NCBI GenBank assembly: GCA_001821395.1
Contig: MHLM01000005.1
Location: 1-28,217 of the forward strand
DNA: 28,217 nt
DNA from: Candidatus Lloydbacteria bacterium RIFCSPHIGHO2_02_FULL_50_18
GTDB lineage: Bacteria; Patescibacteriota; Minisyncoccia; Phycocordibacterales; UBA6899
Direction: 5' to 3'
The notes beneath the pieces were generated by a model. It searched no databases. It had not been told where the DNA came from and worked only from the letters and a program-made list of their open reading frames with translations. Of the stretch, positions 1 to 7,589 are shown in pieces (position 1 is the stretch's first letter; every line of letters begins with the position of its first letter). Position numbers and translations under genes: made by a program.

Positions 1-186
1 TGCACCGTCGGGGATGGCGATGTTTCCGGCATCAGAAAGCTTTGCTTGGTAGTTGATCTGTTTGGGGAAGAGGGAGGAGTCGGCGATGGCGGTCTTTACA
101 TCCGTTACGAGCATTCCGATCAGCAAAAAAACCGCGATCGAGGCGCGCAATTTTACGACGAATCGGTTGGTGTGCAACAGAAACAT
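1..186 (-). CDS. 5' end (62 codons) of a secreted or membrane-anchored protein gene; the gene continues past the window start
   Basis: The minus-strand ATG (plus-strand CAT at 184-186) is preceded by GGAGG (plus-strand CCTCC at 194-198) with a 7-nt spacer. Translation is MFLLHTNRFVVKLRASIAVFLLIGMLVTDVKTAIADSSLFPKQINYQAKLSDAGNIAIPDGA: a basic n-region followed by a hydrophobic stretch, as in a signal peptide or signal anchor. The frame stays open to position 1. It is missing from the ORF track only because no stop falls inside the window. The overlapping plus-strand ORF 46..489 does not have protein-like composition. Confidence 0.5.
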   Translation of the reverse strand, partial: MFLLHTNRFVVKLRASIAVFLLIGMLVTDVKTAIADSSLFPKQINYQAKLSDAGNIAIPDGA

Positions 187-531
187 TTGTTTTCCTCCAA
201 CATGAGTCTCCACTCAGTCAGATTTATTGATTCTATCAGACGGTTGAGCGATATTATGCGAAAATTAACAAAGGTGGGGATAAAAAAAGTAACAAAAAAT
301 CAATTTTACACATCAATGCATGCCACCTCTCAAAACATGCCCCATCTCATCGTATATGCCACCGTAACGAATGTATTTTCTCAATCCCAACCCCCCCCAC
401 GACAAAATTACGTAAAGCCTCCTAAAACCAAAGATGGGCAGGACGCTTTTTTTATTAAAAATCACAAAACATTTTTACTGTTTGCATAGAGTCTGTTGCT
501 TCGTTTCACTGATGCATGAGATGATGTACTC

Positions 532-1209
532 ATGATTAAAAAAATCTTTACCACTCATCACAAGAAGATCATCGTCGGTGCACCGATCGTTTTTTTAGTC
601 ATTGTGAGCGGAGGAGGGATGTTCGGTAGCGGAAATTATTTTTCATTCGCTTCAAATAATAAAAATTTTCCTATCGTCGGAGACATGCTGCCGGTCACAT
701 TAGCAATGAACGCCGACACCCCGATCAATGCGGTCGGAGGGACGGTAACATTTGATCCGGACATGCTCAATGTTACATCGTTGTCACGCGTCACCTCGTC
801 CATCGACCTCTGGAGTGAAGAGCCTTCATATTCGAACACGGAAGGCACATTACATTTCTCCGGCGGACTTGTCGGAGAAAAAGCGTCACTCCCAATACAC
901 GGGACGATACTCACCATTAACTTCACCGTGCTCAAGCCGGGAAAGACCGTCATCACGATGAAAAACGGAGAGCTGCTCGCACACGATGGCGAGGGAACCA
1001 ACGTCGCATTAGGATCAAACACACTTTCCCTATATACACGTGAAATGAAAAATGCTTCCCCTGATGTCAACGGGGACGGCGTACTCTCAGTGAGCGACGC
1101 AAACGCACTGTATCTAAAAACTTTTTTTACCTATGATCCGCAGTATGACCTGAACGGGGATGGGAGGGTGAGCTGGGCTGATGTACGACTCCTCATTTCC
1201 CTCTTCTAG
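532..1209 (+). CDS. Small membrane-anchored protein (225 aa) with an N-terminal signal anchor, a cohesin-like domain and a C-terminal type-I dockerin
   Basis: The N-terminus IIVGAPIVFLVIVSGG is hydrophobic. The central domain carries LWSEEPSY, HFSGGL and ILTINFTVLKPGKTVI, motifs shared with the 348-aa and 581-aa proteins downstream. The C-terminus DVNGDGVLSVSDANALYL...DLNGDGRVSWADVRLL is two dockerin-style Ca-binding segments (DxNGDGxV). Confidence 0.8.
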   Translation: MIKKIFTTHHKKIIVGAPIVFLVIVSGGGMFGSGNYFSFASNNKNFPIVGDMLPVTLAMNADTPINAVGGTVTFDPDMLNVTSLSRVTSSIDLWSEEPSYSNTEGTLHFSGGLVGEKASLPIHGTILTINFTVLKPGKTVITMKNGELLAHDGEGTNVALGSNTLSLYTREMKNASPDVNGDGVLSVSDANALYLKTFFTYDPQYDLNGDGRVSWADVRLLISLF

Positions 1210-1325
1210 CAAAGCTCATCAAGCAGTCTTTTTACGATAAAAGGTATTAAACCACAGGGCAAGCCCTGGGCTCGCGAAGTCTCGCGCGAGTCCGCGGCAG
1301 AGCCGTGGGGTATTGAACCTTTTTT

Positions 1326-1349
1326 AGCTCTCCTCGGCACCACGGAGAG
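1326..1349. terminator. Candidate bidirectional intrinsic terminator between the convergent genes ending at 1209 and 1560
   Basis: The stem CTCTCC (1328-1333) pairs with GGAGAG (1344-1349) around a 10-nt loop. T5 at 1321-1325 precedes it and TTTTT at 1358-1362 follows it, giving a U-run in either direction. The stem is short. A GC-rich cluster of further small palindromes sits at 1255-1290 (CAGGGCaaGCCCTG; CTCGCGCGAG). Confidence 0.35.
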
Positions 1350-1559
1350 TACTTCCATTTTTCTAAAGCAGGATACTGCTAAGAAAAATTGGTCTCTCGG
1401 AGATGAAAAAGAAGACTTTTTTATCTCACTCACACTACGTCGGCAATAAGACTTCTGCCGATCTTTAATGCACTTCGCCCGAAGCGATATTTGATCGCAA
1501 CCCTGTAACCCCCCTGCCCACTCAGGCAGTACATCCGCGATAACTCGACCCATTCATAG

Positions 1560-3305
1560 CTACAATCGCGTAGGGGGGGCATGGACTTCGATATTCCTTG
1601 ACCGAGGTTGCAACACTACTTGTCCGCGAGAACTTGATACCTCTTGACGCTCCGAAATTTCACGAGCAGTTGGCGTCGACTCATACGAAGTGACTGGCTC
1701 TTCGTCATCAATAAATTCACGCCCATCATCCGCACGCATTTTTCTGAACATAAAGAAACCAAGTGCGGCGATAAAAATAAGTCCAAGGATGCCAATCGGG
1801 ATAAGCGGATGACGAGACATGAGGCCCCACAGTGAGGAGGACACGGTAACCCCGATGCGTTCACTTTCTTTCGATGTTGCACCTCGCGCATCGGTCGCGA
1901 TTGCTACGACGCTATATGAGCCGGGTGAAAGCGTGAGTGCGCTTTCAAACTCACCCTTTCCCGTAGCGTCCATCACCGTATGCTCGATCGTTGGCGAGTC
2001 ACCATTCCGCGAGATGGATATATCTACCGTAGCACCCGGGAGTGACTCGATGCTGAGCGCGAGCACTTCTCCCTCTTGCACGTTCGGATCTTTAAGAGAA
2101 AGACGTGGGGAAGAAAGAGAGATCACCTCGAAAGACAATTTCTGAGAAAGCATATTCCCCGCTTTGTCGTACACGAGCGCAGTCAATTCATGCGTTCCCG
2201 GTGACACGACATTATGATGGAACTCACCGTCCGAAAGGCTTTCCCAACGCTCTGAAACACCGCCGTCCAAAGCAAATTCATAGTGATCAATACCGGAGAT
2301 CGTATCGGTCGCATTCACCATAATAGTGATATTCGGGTCGGAATTATCACTCCGCACGACCTCTTTCGCAGTAAAATTCTCCGGTAGCGTGCGATCGGTC
2401 TGAATCTGATATGAGGTCTCATAGGTCTCGCCTTCAGCAAGCACTGCCGAGACGTGCAAGAACCACACCCCATTCTCGAGATCGACGATCTCTTTCGTGT
2501 TGACGATAGGCGTGTAGGCGATACGTGCACGACCGTTCAACTTCTGATCGAAACCCAATCGCAATGAAGTGATCTCACCATCGAACTGAAATAAGAATGA
2601 GCTCGATGATGCGTTATACCATGCTGACTGGTTGGGATGCGTTGGCGAAGATACGATCACTGCGGGAGCAGAGGTTGCCGCTCCAAGCACCTCACCGGCT
2701 ACGACTTCTTCCGACGCAGGTACAGAGACAACGGATAGATCACCAAGCTCCTTGGGATTGATTCGGTATTTTCCACTTGTGAAACCGGTGAGGATATTAC
2801 CCCCGCTGCCTTCATGTATCGCAGATTCATTTTTAAAACTCATACGCATCTCCCCCACTCGGAGGGGGCGCGCATGAATAGTGAGCATCAACCCATCAGT
2901 AAGCGGGGTTGACGTAGCAAGCGTTCCGCCGAACAATATTTCGCCGATCTCTTCATTGATGGACGGCTCTTGTGTCCACGATGTCAAGAGCGATCCTTCG
3001 CGCGACACACTCGTTACGGTGACTTCTTTCGGATCATATTCAATGCTCGCCTCCACCCCTATCAACGGACATTCAGCAGAAGTAACAACAACGCGGAGAA
3101 CAATATCATCGCCAACAACATACGTACCGACTTTCGGTGTGATATCGATCGTCGAGGCCGTAATCACCGGGCAGGCGGTCACAAGTGGAGCTGCGGGCTC
3201 CGGCATGATATCGGTCGTCGACGTCGCTGCAAATGAAGCAAGCGGCACAAGAAAAAACAGTACAATTATCGAGAGACGTATTCTTGGTAAAGCTCTGTTC
3301 ATCAT
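1560..3305 (-). CDS. Type-I membrane surface protein (581 aa from the MMNRALP start): signal peptide, cohesin-like domain, Ig-like domain(s), C-terminal TM helix and a ~75-aa acidic cytoplasmic tail
   Basis: The track ORF is 1560..3434. The start was moved to the tandem Met at 3305/3302, where the signal peptide MMNRALPRIRLSIIVLFFLVPLASFAA begins; the longer form would overlap the upstream gene by 112 nt. SWTQEPSINEEIGEILFGGTL and LMLTIHARPLRVGEMRMSF match the cohesin-like motifs of the 225-aa and 348-aa proteins. SGIDHYEF...ALVYDKAGN is shared with the 348-aa protein (SGVDHYEV...RAYDHARN). The C-terminal TM is PLIPIGILGLIFIAALGFFMF, followed by RKMRADDGREFIDDEEP... Confidence 0.8.
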   Translation of the reverse strand: MMNRALPRIRLSIIVLFFLVPLASFAATSTTDIMPEPAAPLVTACPVITASTIDITPKVGTYVVGDDIVLRVVVTSAECPLIGVEASIEYDPKEVTVTSVSREGSLLTSWTQEPSINEEIGEILFGGTLATSTPLTDGLMLTIHARPLRVGEMRMSFKNESAIHEGSGGNILTGFTSGKYRINPKELGDLSVVSVPASEEVVAGEVLGAATSAPAVIVSSPTHPNQSAWYNASSSSFLFQFDGEITSLRLGFDQKLNGRARIAYTPIVNTKEIVDLENGVWFLHVSAVLAEGETYETSYQIQTDRTLPENFTAKEVVRSDNSDPNITIMVNATDTISGIDHYEFALDGGVSERWESLSDGEFHHNVVSPGTHELTALVYDKAGNMLSQKLSFEVISLSSPRLSLKDPNVQEGEVLALSIESLPGATVDISISRNGDSPTIEHTVMDATGKGEFESALTLSPGSYSVVAIATDARGATSKESERIGVTVSSSLWGLMSRHPLIPIGILGLIFIAALGFFMFRKMRADDGREFIDDEEPVTSYESTPTAREISERQEVSSSRGQVVLQPRSRNIEVHAPPTRL

Positions 3306-3322
3306 GAAAAGAAACGCAAATT

Positions 3323-4369
3323 TTATACATCGACTGAATCTGATACAGGACCCTCGCTCCTCATCTTGCGGCGACGAAGCCATATCCACACGAACGCAAT
3401 CGCCAAAACCGTTCCTCCGATCAAAGACAACCAATAACGAACGATCACCATTGTATCGCGCGAAGAAGCCAGCGGAGCTTTTGCTCCATTTTGCGGAGGG
3501 AGAATCGCTTCAGAAATATTTCTCGCATGATCATATGCGCGCACTGTTACCCTACTCTTGAGCTCCTGATCGATGAGCACATACGGGCTTTTTGCCGTGA
3601 CAAATAGGGCTTTCTCGTATTTCTTTCCGCGCACGAAACCGAATTGCTCCGGATCGTCCTCTGATACTTCATAGTGATCTACTCCACTTTGTTTGTCGAC
3701 CGTTGAAAAGATAATGAAATATTTTCCCTGAAAAGTGTTCGCCTCTTTTGCCAGCTCTATGCGAAAAAGTTCAGGGGGTGTCGTATCTTCGAGTACAAGA
3801 TCGATCCATTCATTTTTCATCCCAAGCGAATTGAGTTCACGGACATAGGCACCTGAAACAAGCGTGAGCGGCGCCTGTGTTCCGAATCCGTCATTCAAAA
3901 GCACTTTCGTCTCCGTGCCAAAGGTGACCGCAAGCGCTTCCGGACCCGACGCAGTCTTTCCCCCGATCATGTTTCCGGGAATGGTAAAAATGATCTTGGC
4001 GAGAATATTTGTCTTTCCCGGATCGCCCTGCACGCGACCACAATATCCGGCGGGAATCCCTCCATCGAATCGTACGACACCATTATCAAGATCGATCATC
4101 GGCTCCTCGGGCCAAAGCGTGAACAATGACTCCCCCTTTGAGATGGCGGATGCCTTCATCCAATCGGTCGGATAATTGACCACAATCGATGCTGCGTTCA
4201 CGCATTCATCGTGGGCGGTATCGAGCCGCACCGTCAGCACAAACGTGTCACCGGGACCGAAATTACCATCCGGTGGATCGATCGAAAGTGTGGCAGCGTA
4301 CGCAACGGGCAGAGCGAGGACCAAATAGCTCATGACTGACAAGAGAATGTGTGCTGATTTACTTTGCAT
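3323..4369 (-). CDS. Membrane-anchored surface protein (348 aa): signal peptide, cohesin-like domain, Ig-like domain, C-terminal TM
   Basis: The signal peptide is MQSKSAHILLSVMSYLVLALPVAYAA. LWPEEPMI, RFDGGIPAG and IIFTIPGNMIGGKT are shared with the other two cohesin-like proteins. The C-terminus is WLSLIGGTVLAIAFVWIWLRRRKMRSEG. The stop lies 17 nt upstream of the next gene's start. Confidence 0.85.
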   Translation of the reverse strand: MQSKSAHILLSVMSYLVLALPVAYAATLSIDPPDGNFGPGDTFVLTVRLDTAHDECVNAASIVVNYPTDWMKASAISKGESLFTLWPEEPMIDLDNGVVRFDGGIPAGYCGRVQGDPGKTNILAKIIFTIPGNMIGGKTASGPEALAVTFGTETKVLLNDGFGTQAPLTLVSGAYVRELNSLGMKNEWIDLVLEDTTPPELFRIELAKEANTFQGKYFIIFSTVDKQSGVDHYEVSEDDPEQFGFVRGKKYEKALFVTAKSPYVLIDQELKSRVTVRAYDHARNISEAILPPQNGAKAPLASSRDTMVIVRYWLSLIGGTVLAIAFVWIWLRRRKMRSEGPVSDSVDV

Positions 4370-4428
4370 GTTTTAATTCATTGAACTTCTCCATTGTACC
4401 CCCCTTCCATTCTAATTTCTATCCCTAA

Positions 4429-4479
4429 ATCATTCTGCGACAGAATGATCGGGCGAACATTTTTTCCGCAAAAAATGTT
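4429..4479 (-). terminator. Tandem hairpins immediately 3' of the 403-aa dockerin gene (candidate intrinsic terminator)
   Basis: AACATTTTTT (4456-4465) pairs with AAAAAATGTT (4470-4479) around loop CCGC; this abuts the stop codon. ATCATTCTG (4429-4437) pairs with CAGAATGAT (4441-4449) around loop CGA, and is followed on the minus strand by UU. The first stem is AU-only, so termination efficiency is uncertain. Confidence 0.4.
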
Positions 4480-5691
4480 TTAGCCTGTCCAATTAAAGAG
4501 TAAGATCGAGAAATCAGTGAGATTCACGGCACCGTCGACATTCAAATCTGCAATCGCATGAGCGGTCCCCCAATGAAAGAGCAGGATAGAAAAGTCGACC
4601 AAGTTCACTTTGCCATCACCATTTAAGTCCGCATTCCCGGGTGTTTGCACGTCGCGTGTACCGACATAAAAGTTCACTGCCTGGCTAAAACCGCTCTTCG
4701 CCTGAGCTCCGACTCCGAATTGTTCGAACATACCCTTGATCGCATGAAATGCCTCATTCTCAATTCCTGTTGTAGGTACCGTCGCGTTCCAAAGACCGGA
4801 AGCGGACGACGTTGCCGTGGCACGCGGACTTGTCTCTTTATCCATGAACAACGAAACTTTTGCATTAGGGGCGGTCGAACCAAGCGCATCAAGCAATTCA
4901 TCCATGCTGATCTTTTTGGACTTCAAGTCGATCGTCGGAGGTAAGAAAACATTCGATACTGACGTGACCGCATTTTGTGTCACCTGAAATGTCGTCGTGA
5001 AAGTGATCGAGCGCACCCCCCTACCGTCGGTAGACCAAAAACCGAACGTGATAGGACCCGGCGTGACATTTGATGTCTCGTATGAAAAATCAGCGGCGGC
5101 ATCAGTCTGAACGACACCGACGATACTGCCATCCTTGAGGATGTTTACCGACGTATTTGGATATGCTTTCCCCTCGAGAATAACGCGTGTTTGCGCATGC
5201 ACGGGAACAGTTCCGTTAAAGACACCGCCGCCGCCGGAACCTCCCGATATGACCGGCGGAGGGGGGGGTGGTGCTGGAGGTGTTGACGTCGAAAGCGGAG
5301 GGGCTTCTTGTACGCAAGTCGCACTGCATAGGTCGCCACTCGTATTGTTCCCATCATCACACTGCTCAAGATACAGTGCCTGCAGGGCGTTATCTCCACA
5401 GTATGGGCCGTACCCTGAACACGTCGAATTACAGCGCCGCGCGGCAAAACTCGGCCCATAGGCTCCGTCGTTGAACAATCCATCGTCACATACCTCACCC
5501 GGGTTGAGTATCCCGTCATTGCAGATAGAGATCATGATCGTCGTCGTCGCTACCGCCGCAAGGAGACGAGCGGGAACAATGATCGAGAACAGTGCGGAAA
5601 AAAATAGGGTGGATACGAGCACGAGGTGAAGAGACTTCTCTCTATGTCCGTGTGCAGAAGCCCGCGAAATGAGTCGTTTGAGATGAAACAT
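4480..5691 (-). CDS. Membrane-anchored protein (403 aa): N-terminal signal anchor, two Myxococcus-type cysteine-rich repeats, Pro/Gly linker, beta-rich domain, C-terminal type-I dockerin
   Basis: CNDGILNPGEVCDDGLFNDG...CNSTC and CGDNALQALYLEQCDDGNNTSGDLCSATCVQE fit the cysteine-rich repeat pattern (C..GE.CDDGN...GD.CS..C). The linker is STPPAPPPPPPVISGGSGGGG. The C-terminus DLNGDGKVNLVDFSILLFHWG...DLNVDGAVNLTDFSILLFNWTG is a duplicated dockerin Ca-binding segment plus helix. Only 9 nt separate it from the upstream gene. Confidence 0.85.
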   Translation of the reverse strand: MFHLKRLISRASAHGHREKSLHLVLVSTLFFSALFSIIVPARLLAAVATTTIMISICNDGILNPGEVCDDGLFNDGAYGPSFAARRCNSTCSGYGPYCGDNALQALYLEQCDDGNNTSGDLCSATCVQEAPPLSTSTPPAPPPPPPVISGGSGGGGVFNGTVPVHAQTRVILEGKAYPNTSVNILKDGSIVGVVQTDAAADFSYETSNVTPGPITFGFWSTDGRGVRSITFTTTFQVTQNAVTSVSNVFLPPTIDLKSKKISMDELLDALGSTAPNAKVSLFMDKETSPRATATSSASGLWNATVPTTGIENEAFHAIKGMFEQFGVGAQAKSGFSQAVNFYVGTRDVQTPGNADLNGDGKVNLVDFSILLFHWGTAHAIADLNVDGAVNLTDFSILLFNWTG

Positions 5692-5700
5692 AGGTCCGAA

Positions 5701-6750
5701 TCACCTTCTCCGAGAGAGGTCGACAACTCCACCCGAGGAAGCGGCGCTGCGAGGTCGTCTCGGCGACTCACTTTCTGGGGGGTCACGATGCCGAGCGTCA
5801 TCATTGCTCGCGCGTTCTCTCCTCCGTCTTGGTTTTTTCATCCTAAAGAACATCACAAACATGATCAGCAATGCAAGCGTTCCTATCGGCAAAATGACAG
5901 AAAGTTGCTGTGAAAGTTTTAGCCCCTCAAACCCATATTCTTCATAACCGGTAATGGTCCCCCTCGGAAGAATGGAGAGCGCGAGTTCTCCCGCTTGAGC
6001 ATTACGCGTTTCATCTTTTTCAATCGAATACTTGACGCGATACGCTCCGGGAGGAAGCCATGTCGGGAAATAGGCGACGACTTTCTTTGTGTCAAACGGG
6101 AGGACGGAATCGACGGTATTTGAATTTTCGGTGGTTTCAAGCAATTGCTGTCCGGACACGTCAAAGATCTGCAACGAGACCTTGTACGGTATCGCCGGAA
6201 CATTGCCGATATTTTCAATGTACATTGCAAACTTCACCTTACCCGGAAAAGAGAGCCACCATTTTTGATGACCTTCCTCTGCCTCGAACAACTCAACACG
6301 GCGCACTGAGAAATCAAATATCTGATCCACTACCTTCAGCTGGACGTCGATCTGCGCACCGAGCGCAAGCGAAACACCGGTGGACTGACCCGCGGAGGAA
6401 GATGTACGGATACGAATGTTCCCGTTGTAACCGCCGAGTTTTGCATCATCGGGAACACGAACGGTCACATGGAGCTTCACCTGTGATTCGCCCTTTGGTA
6501 ATACAAATTTAATTCCGCGATCAAAAGAGAACCAGGATTCAATAGCGGGAAGATTCAAAGCAAGTTCGGCGTTCAAGTCCTCAACGGGATCACTGCGTAC
6601 AATGATGATCTCCTGCGTATATTCTGAACCGGGGCGTAATGTGTCGTTGTGCACGTATGGAGGAGTAATGCCAAAACCCGCGAATGCCGTATTCGCAAAA
6701 GCTCCGTAAAGAAGCATCGAACCCATTACAAAAAGTATCCCTCGTTTCAT
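5701..6750 (-). CDS. Surface protein (350 aa): signal peptide, beta-sandwich-like body, C-terminal TM and a strongly basic Arg-rich tail
   Basis: The track ORF 5701..6972 was trimmed to the Met at 6750, where the signal peptide MKRGILFVMGSMLLYGAFANTAFA starts. The C-terminus is LPIGTLALLIMFVMFFRMKKPRRRRERASNDDARHRDPPESESPRRPRS. An extended -10 box lies 19 nt upstream. The architecture is loosely reminiscent of the DUF916/DUF3324-type cell-surface proteins of Gram-positives, but this was not verified. Confidence 0.8.
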   Translation of the reverse strand: MKRGILFVMGSMLLYGAFANTAFAGFGITPPYVHNDTLRPGSEYTQEIIIVRSDPVEDLNAELALNLPAIESWFSFDRGIKFVLPKGESQVKLHVTVRVPDDAKLGGYNGNIRIRTSSSAGQSTGVSLALGAQIDVQLKVVDQIFDFSVRRVELFEAEEGHQKWWLSFPGKVKFAMYIENIGNVPAIPYKVSLQIFDVSGQQLLETTENSNTVDSVLPFDTKKVVAYFPTWLPPGAYRVKYSIEKDETRNAQAGELALSILPRGTITGYEEYGFEGLKLSQQLSVILPIGTLALLIMFVMFFRMKKPRRRRERASNDDARHRDPPESESPRRPRSAASSGGVVDLSRRR

Positions 6751-6769
6751 GGAAAATTGGGGCTCAAGC

Positions 6770-6778
6770 ATTGTAACA
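6770..6778 (-). promoter_or_regulatory. Extended -10 promoter element TGTTACAAT for the 350-aa surface-protein gene
   Basis: Plus-strand ATTGTAACA at 6770-6778 is the reverse complement of TGnTACAAT. It sits 19 nt upstream of the ATG at 6750. No convincing -35 was seen. Confidence 0.4.
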
Positions 6779-7278
6779 CATACAAAAAGCGAGTTTTTAG
6801 CGGGATAGGTAGACTGGGGACTAGCGGTGGATAAGATGGCGCTCGGGTTTTCTTCTTTTGAAAGGAACATCATCAATTTTTCCAGCAAAAATTGTGATTC
6901 TGCTCGGCAAGCCAGGCTTAGCCAGGGGCAAAGACCGAGCCCTGGCTCAGAAGCCTCCGCAAGTCCTTTCAAAAGAAGAAAAACCTCGCTTGGAAAAGGG
7001 CGAGTTCTGCGCTAGGGGCTCCGAAGCAACGAGTCTCTCTCGCTTAAAAAAATATGTGCTTCAACGCTGCTGGGGTACCGAAAGTATCTACTCACCTCGC
7101 TGAAGAGGAAAATGACGTATATTTCCGCATCCGAGGCGATTTCACAAAGCAAACACCCCTTTTAGAGAGAGATGGGGGGGGAACTGTGATACAAGAAAAG
7201 TATTTAGGTTACGGATATTCTTATAACTATACCACCAAGATTCCTATTACAAAGCCGGGTAGCACGTAAGGGAATTAT

Positions 7279-7345
7279 AAAATTCTCTTAAATTTTGATG
7301 CGATACGAGGCGCAAGCAAACAGTATCGAGGAGGCGTACTCAGGA
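7279..7345. repeat. Copy 1 of a ~65-bp intergenic direct repeat (partner at 7590-7657, ~85% identity)
   Basis: AAAATTCTCTTAAATTTTGATGCGATACGAGGCGCAAGCAAACAGTATCGAGGAGGCGTACTCA at 7279-7345 aligns with AAAATTCTCGTTAATTTTGATGCGATACGAGGCGCAAACAAGCAGTACCGAGGAGACGTACTCA at 7590-7657. CGATACGAGGCGCAA is identical in both. The copies differ by one 1-nt indel and a few transitions. Confidence 0.7.
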
Positions 7346-7589
7346 TACGATTTGAGCTCCATGAGACGGTTGAATTAAGTGAGATGCTATTTGAACTCAA
7401 ATACGCATATATTTTGGATGAGATGCAGTCAACGAAAAACAGCACGAATCATGTTCTATCAAGCGTTCACGTTAATTGGGATGCAATTTCGTGTTTTGCG
7501 CCCGAGCGATGCCGGAGAAGCTGTATGAGCTATACTGCTCCCCGACTCGTTTGGGTTGCAAAACGCGAAGTGTGCCAAATTGGGAAACT

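Noticed and set aside
46-489. A 147-aa plus-strand ORF at the window start
   Set aside because: Its composition is not protein-like. The opposite strand at 1-186 encodes a convincing signal-peptide N-terminus with a perfect GGAGG-7nt-ATG, and the remainder (187-531) reads as a divergent promoter region.
481-500. ATAGAGTC octamer upstream of the 225-aa gene as another instance of the near-leaderless promoter motif
   Set aside because: It lies 38 nt from the ATG rather than ~10 nt and lacks the adjacent TATAAT, so it is probably a chance 8-mer match.
1206-1553. A 115-aa minus-strand ORF in the convergent intergenic region
   Set aside because: It is Arg/Ser-rich and low-complexity. It spans a region full of palindromes and terminator-like hairpins and has no start-site signals. 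It is a likely non-coding spacer.
3306-3434. An N-terminal extension of the 624-aa ORF (start at 3434)
   Set aside because: The signal peptide begins at the tandem Met at 3305/3302. The 43-aa extension has no signal-like character and would overlap the upstream gene by 112 nt, so the start was placed at 3305.
6751-6972. An N-terminal extension of ORF 5701..6972 (and likewise 16079..16171 for ORF 14579..16171)
   Set aside because: In both cases a canonical signal peptide starts at an internal Met (6750; 16078) with a -10 box just upstream. The upstream residues are not signal-like.
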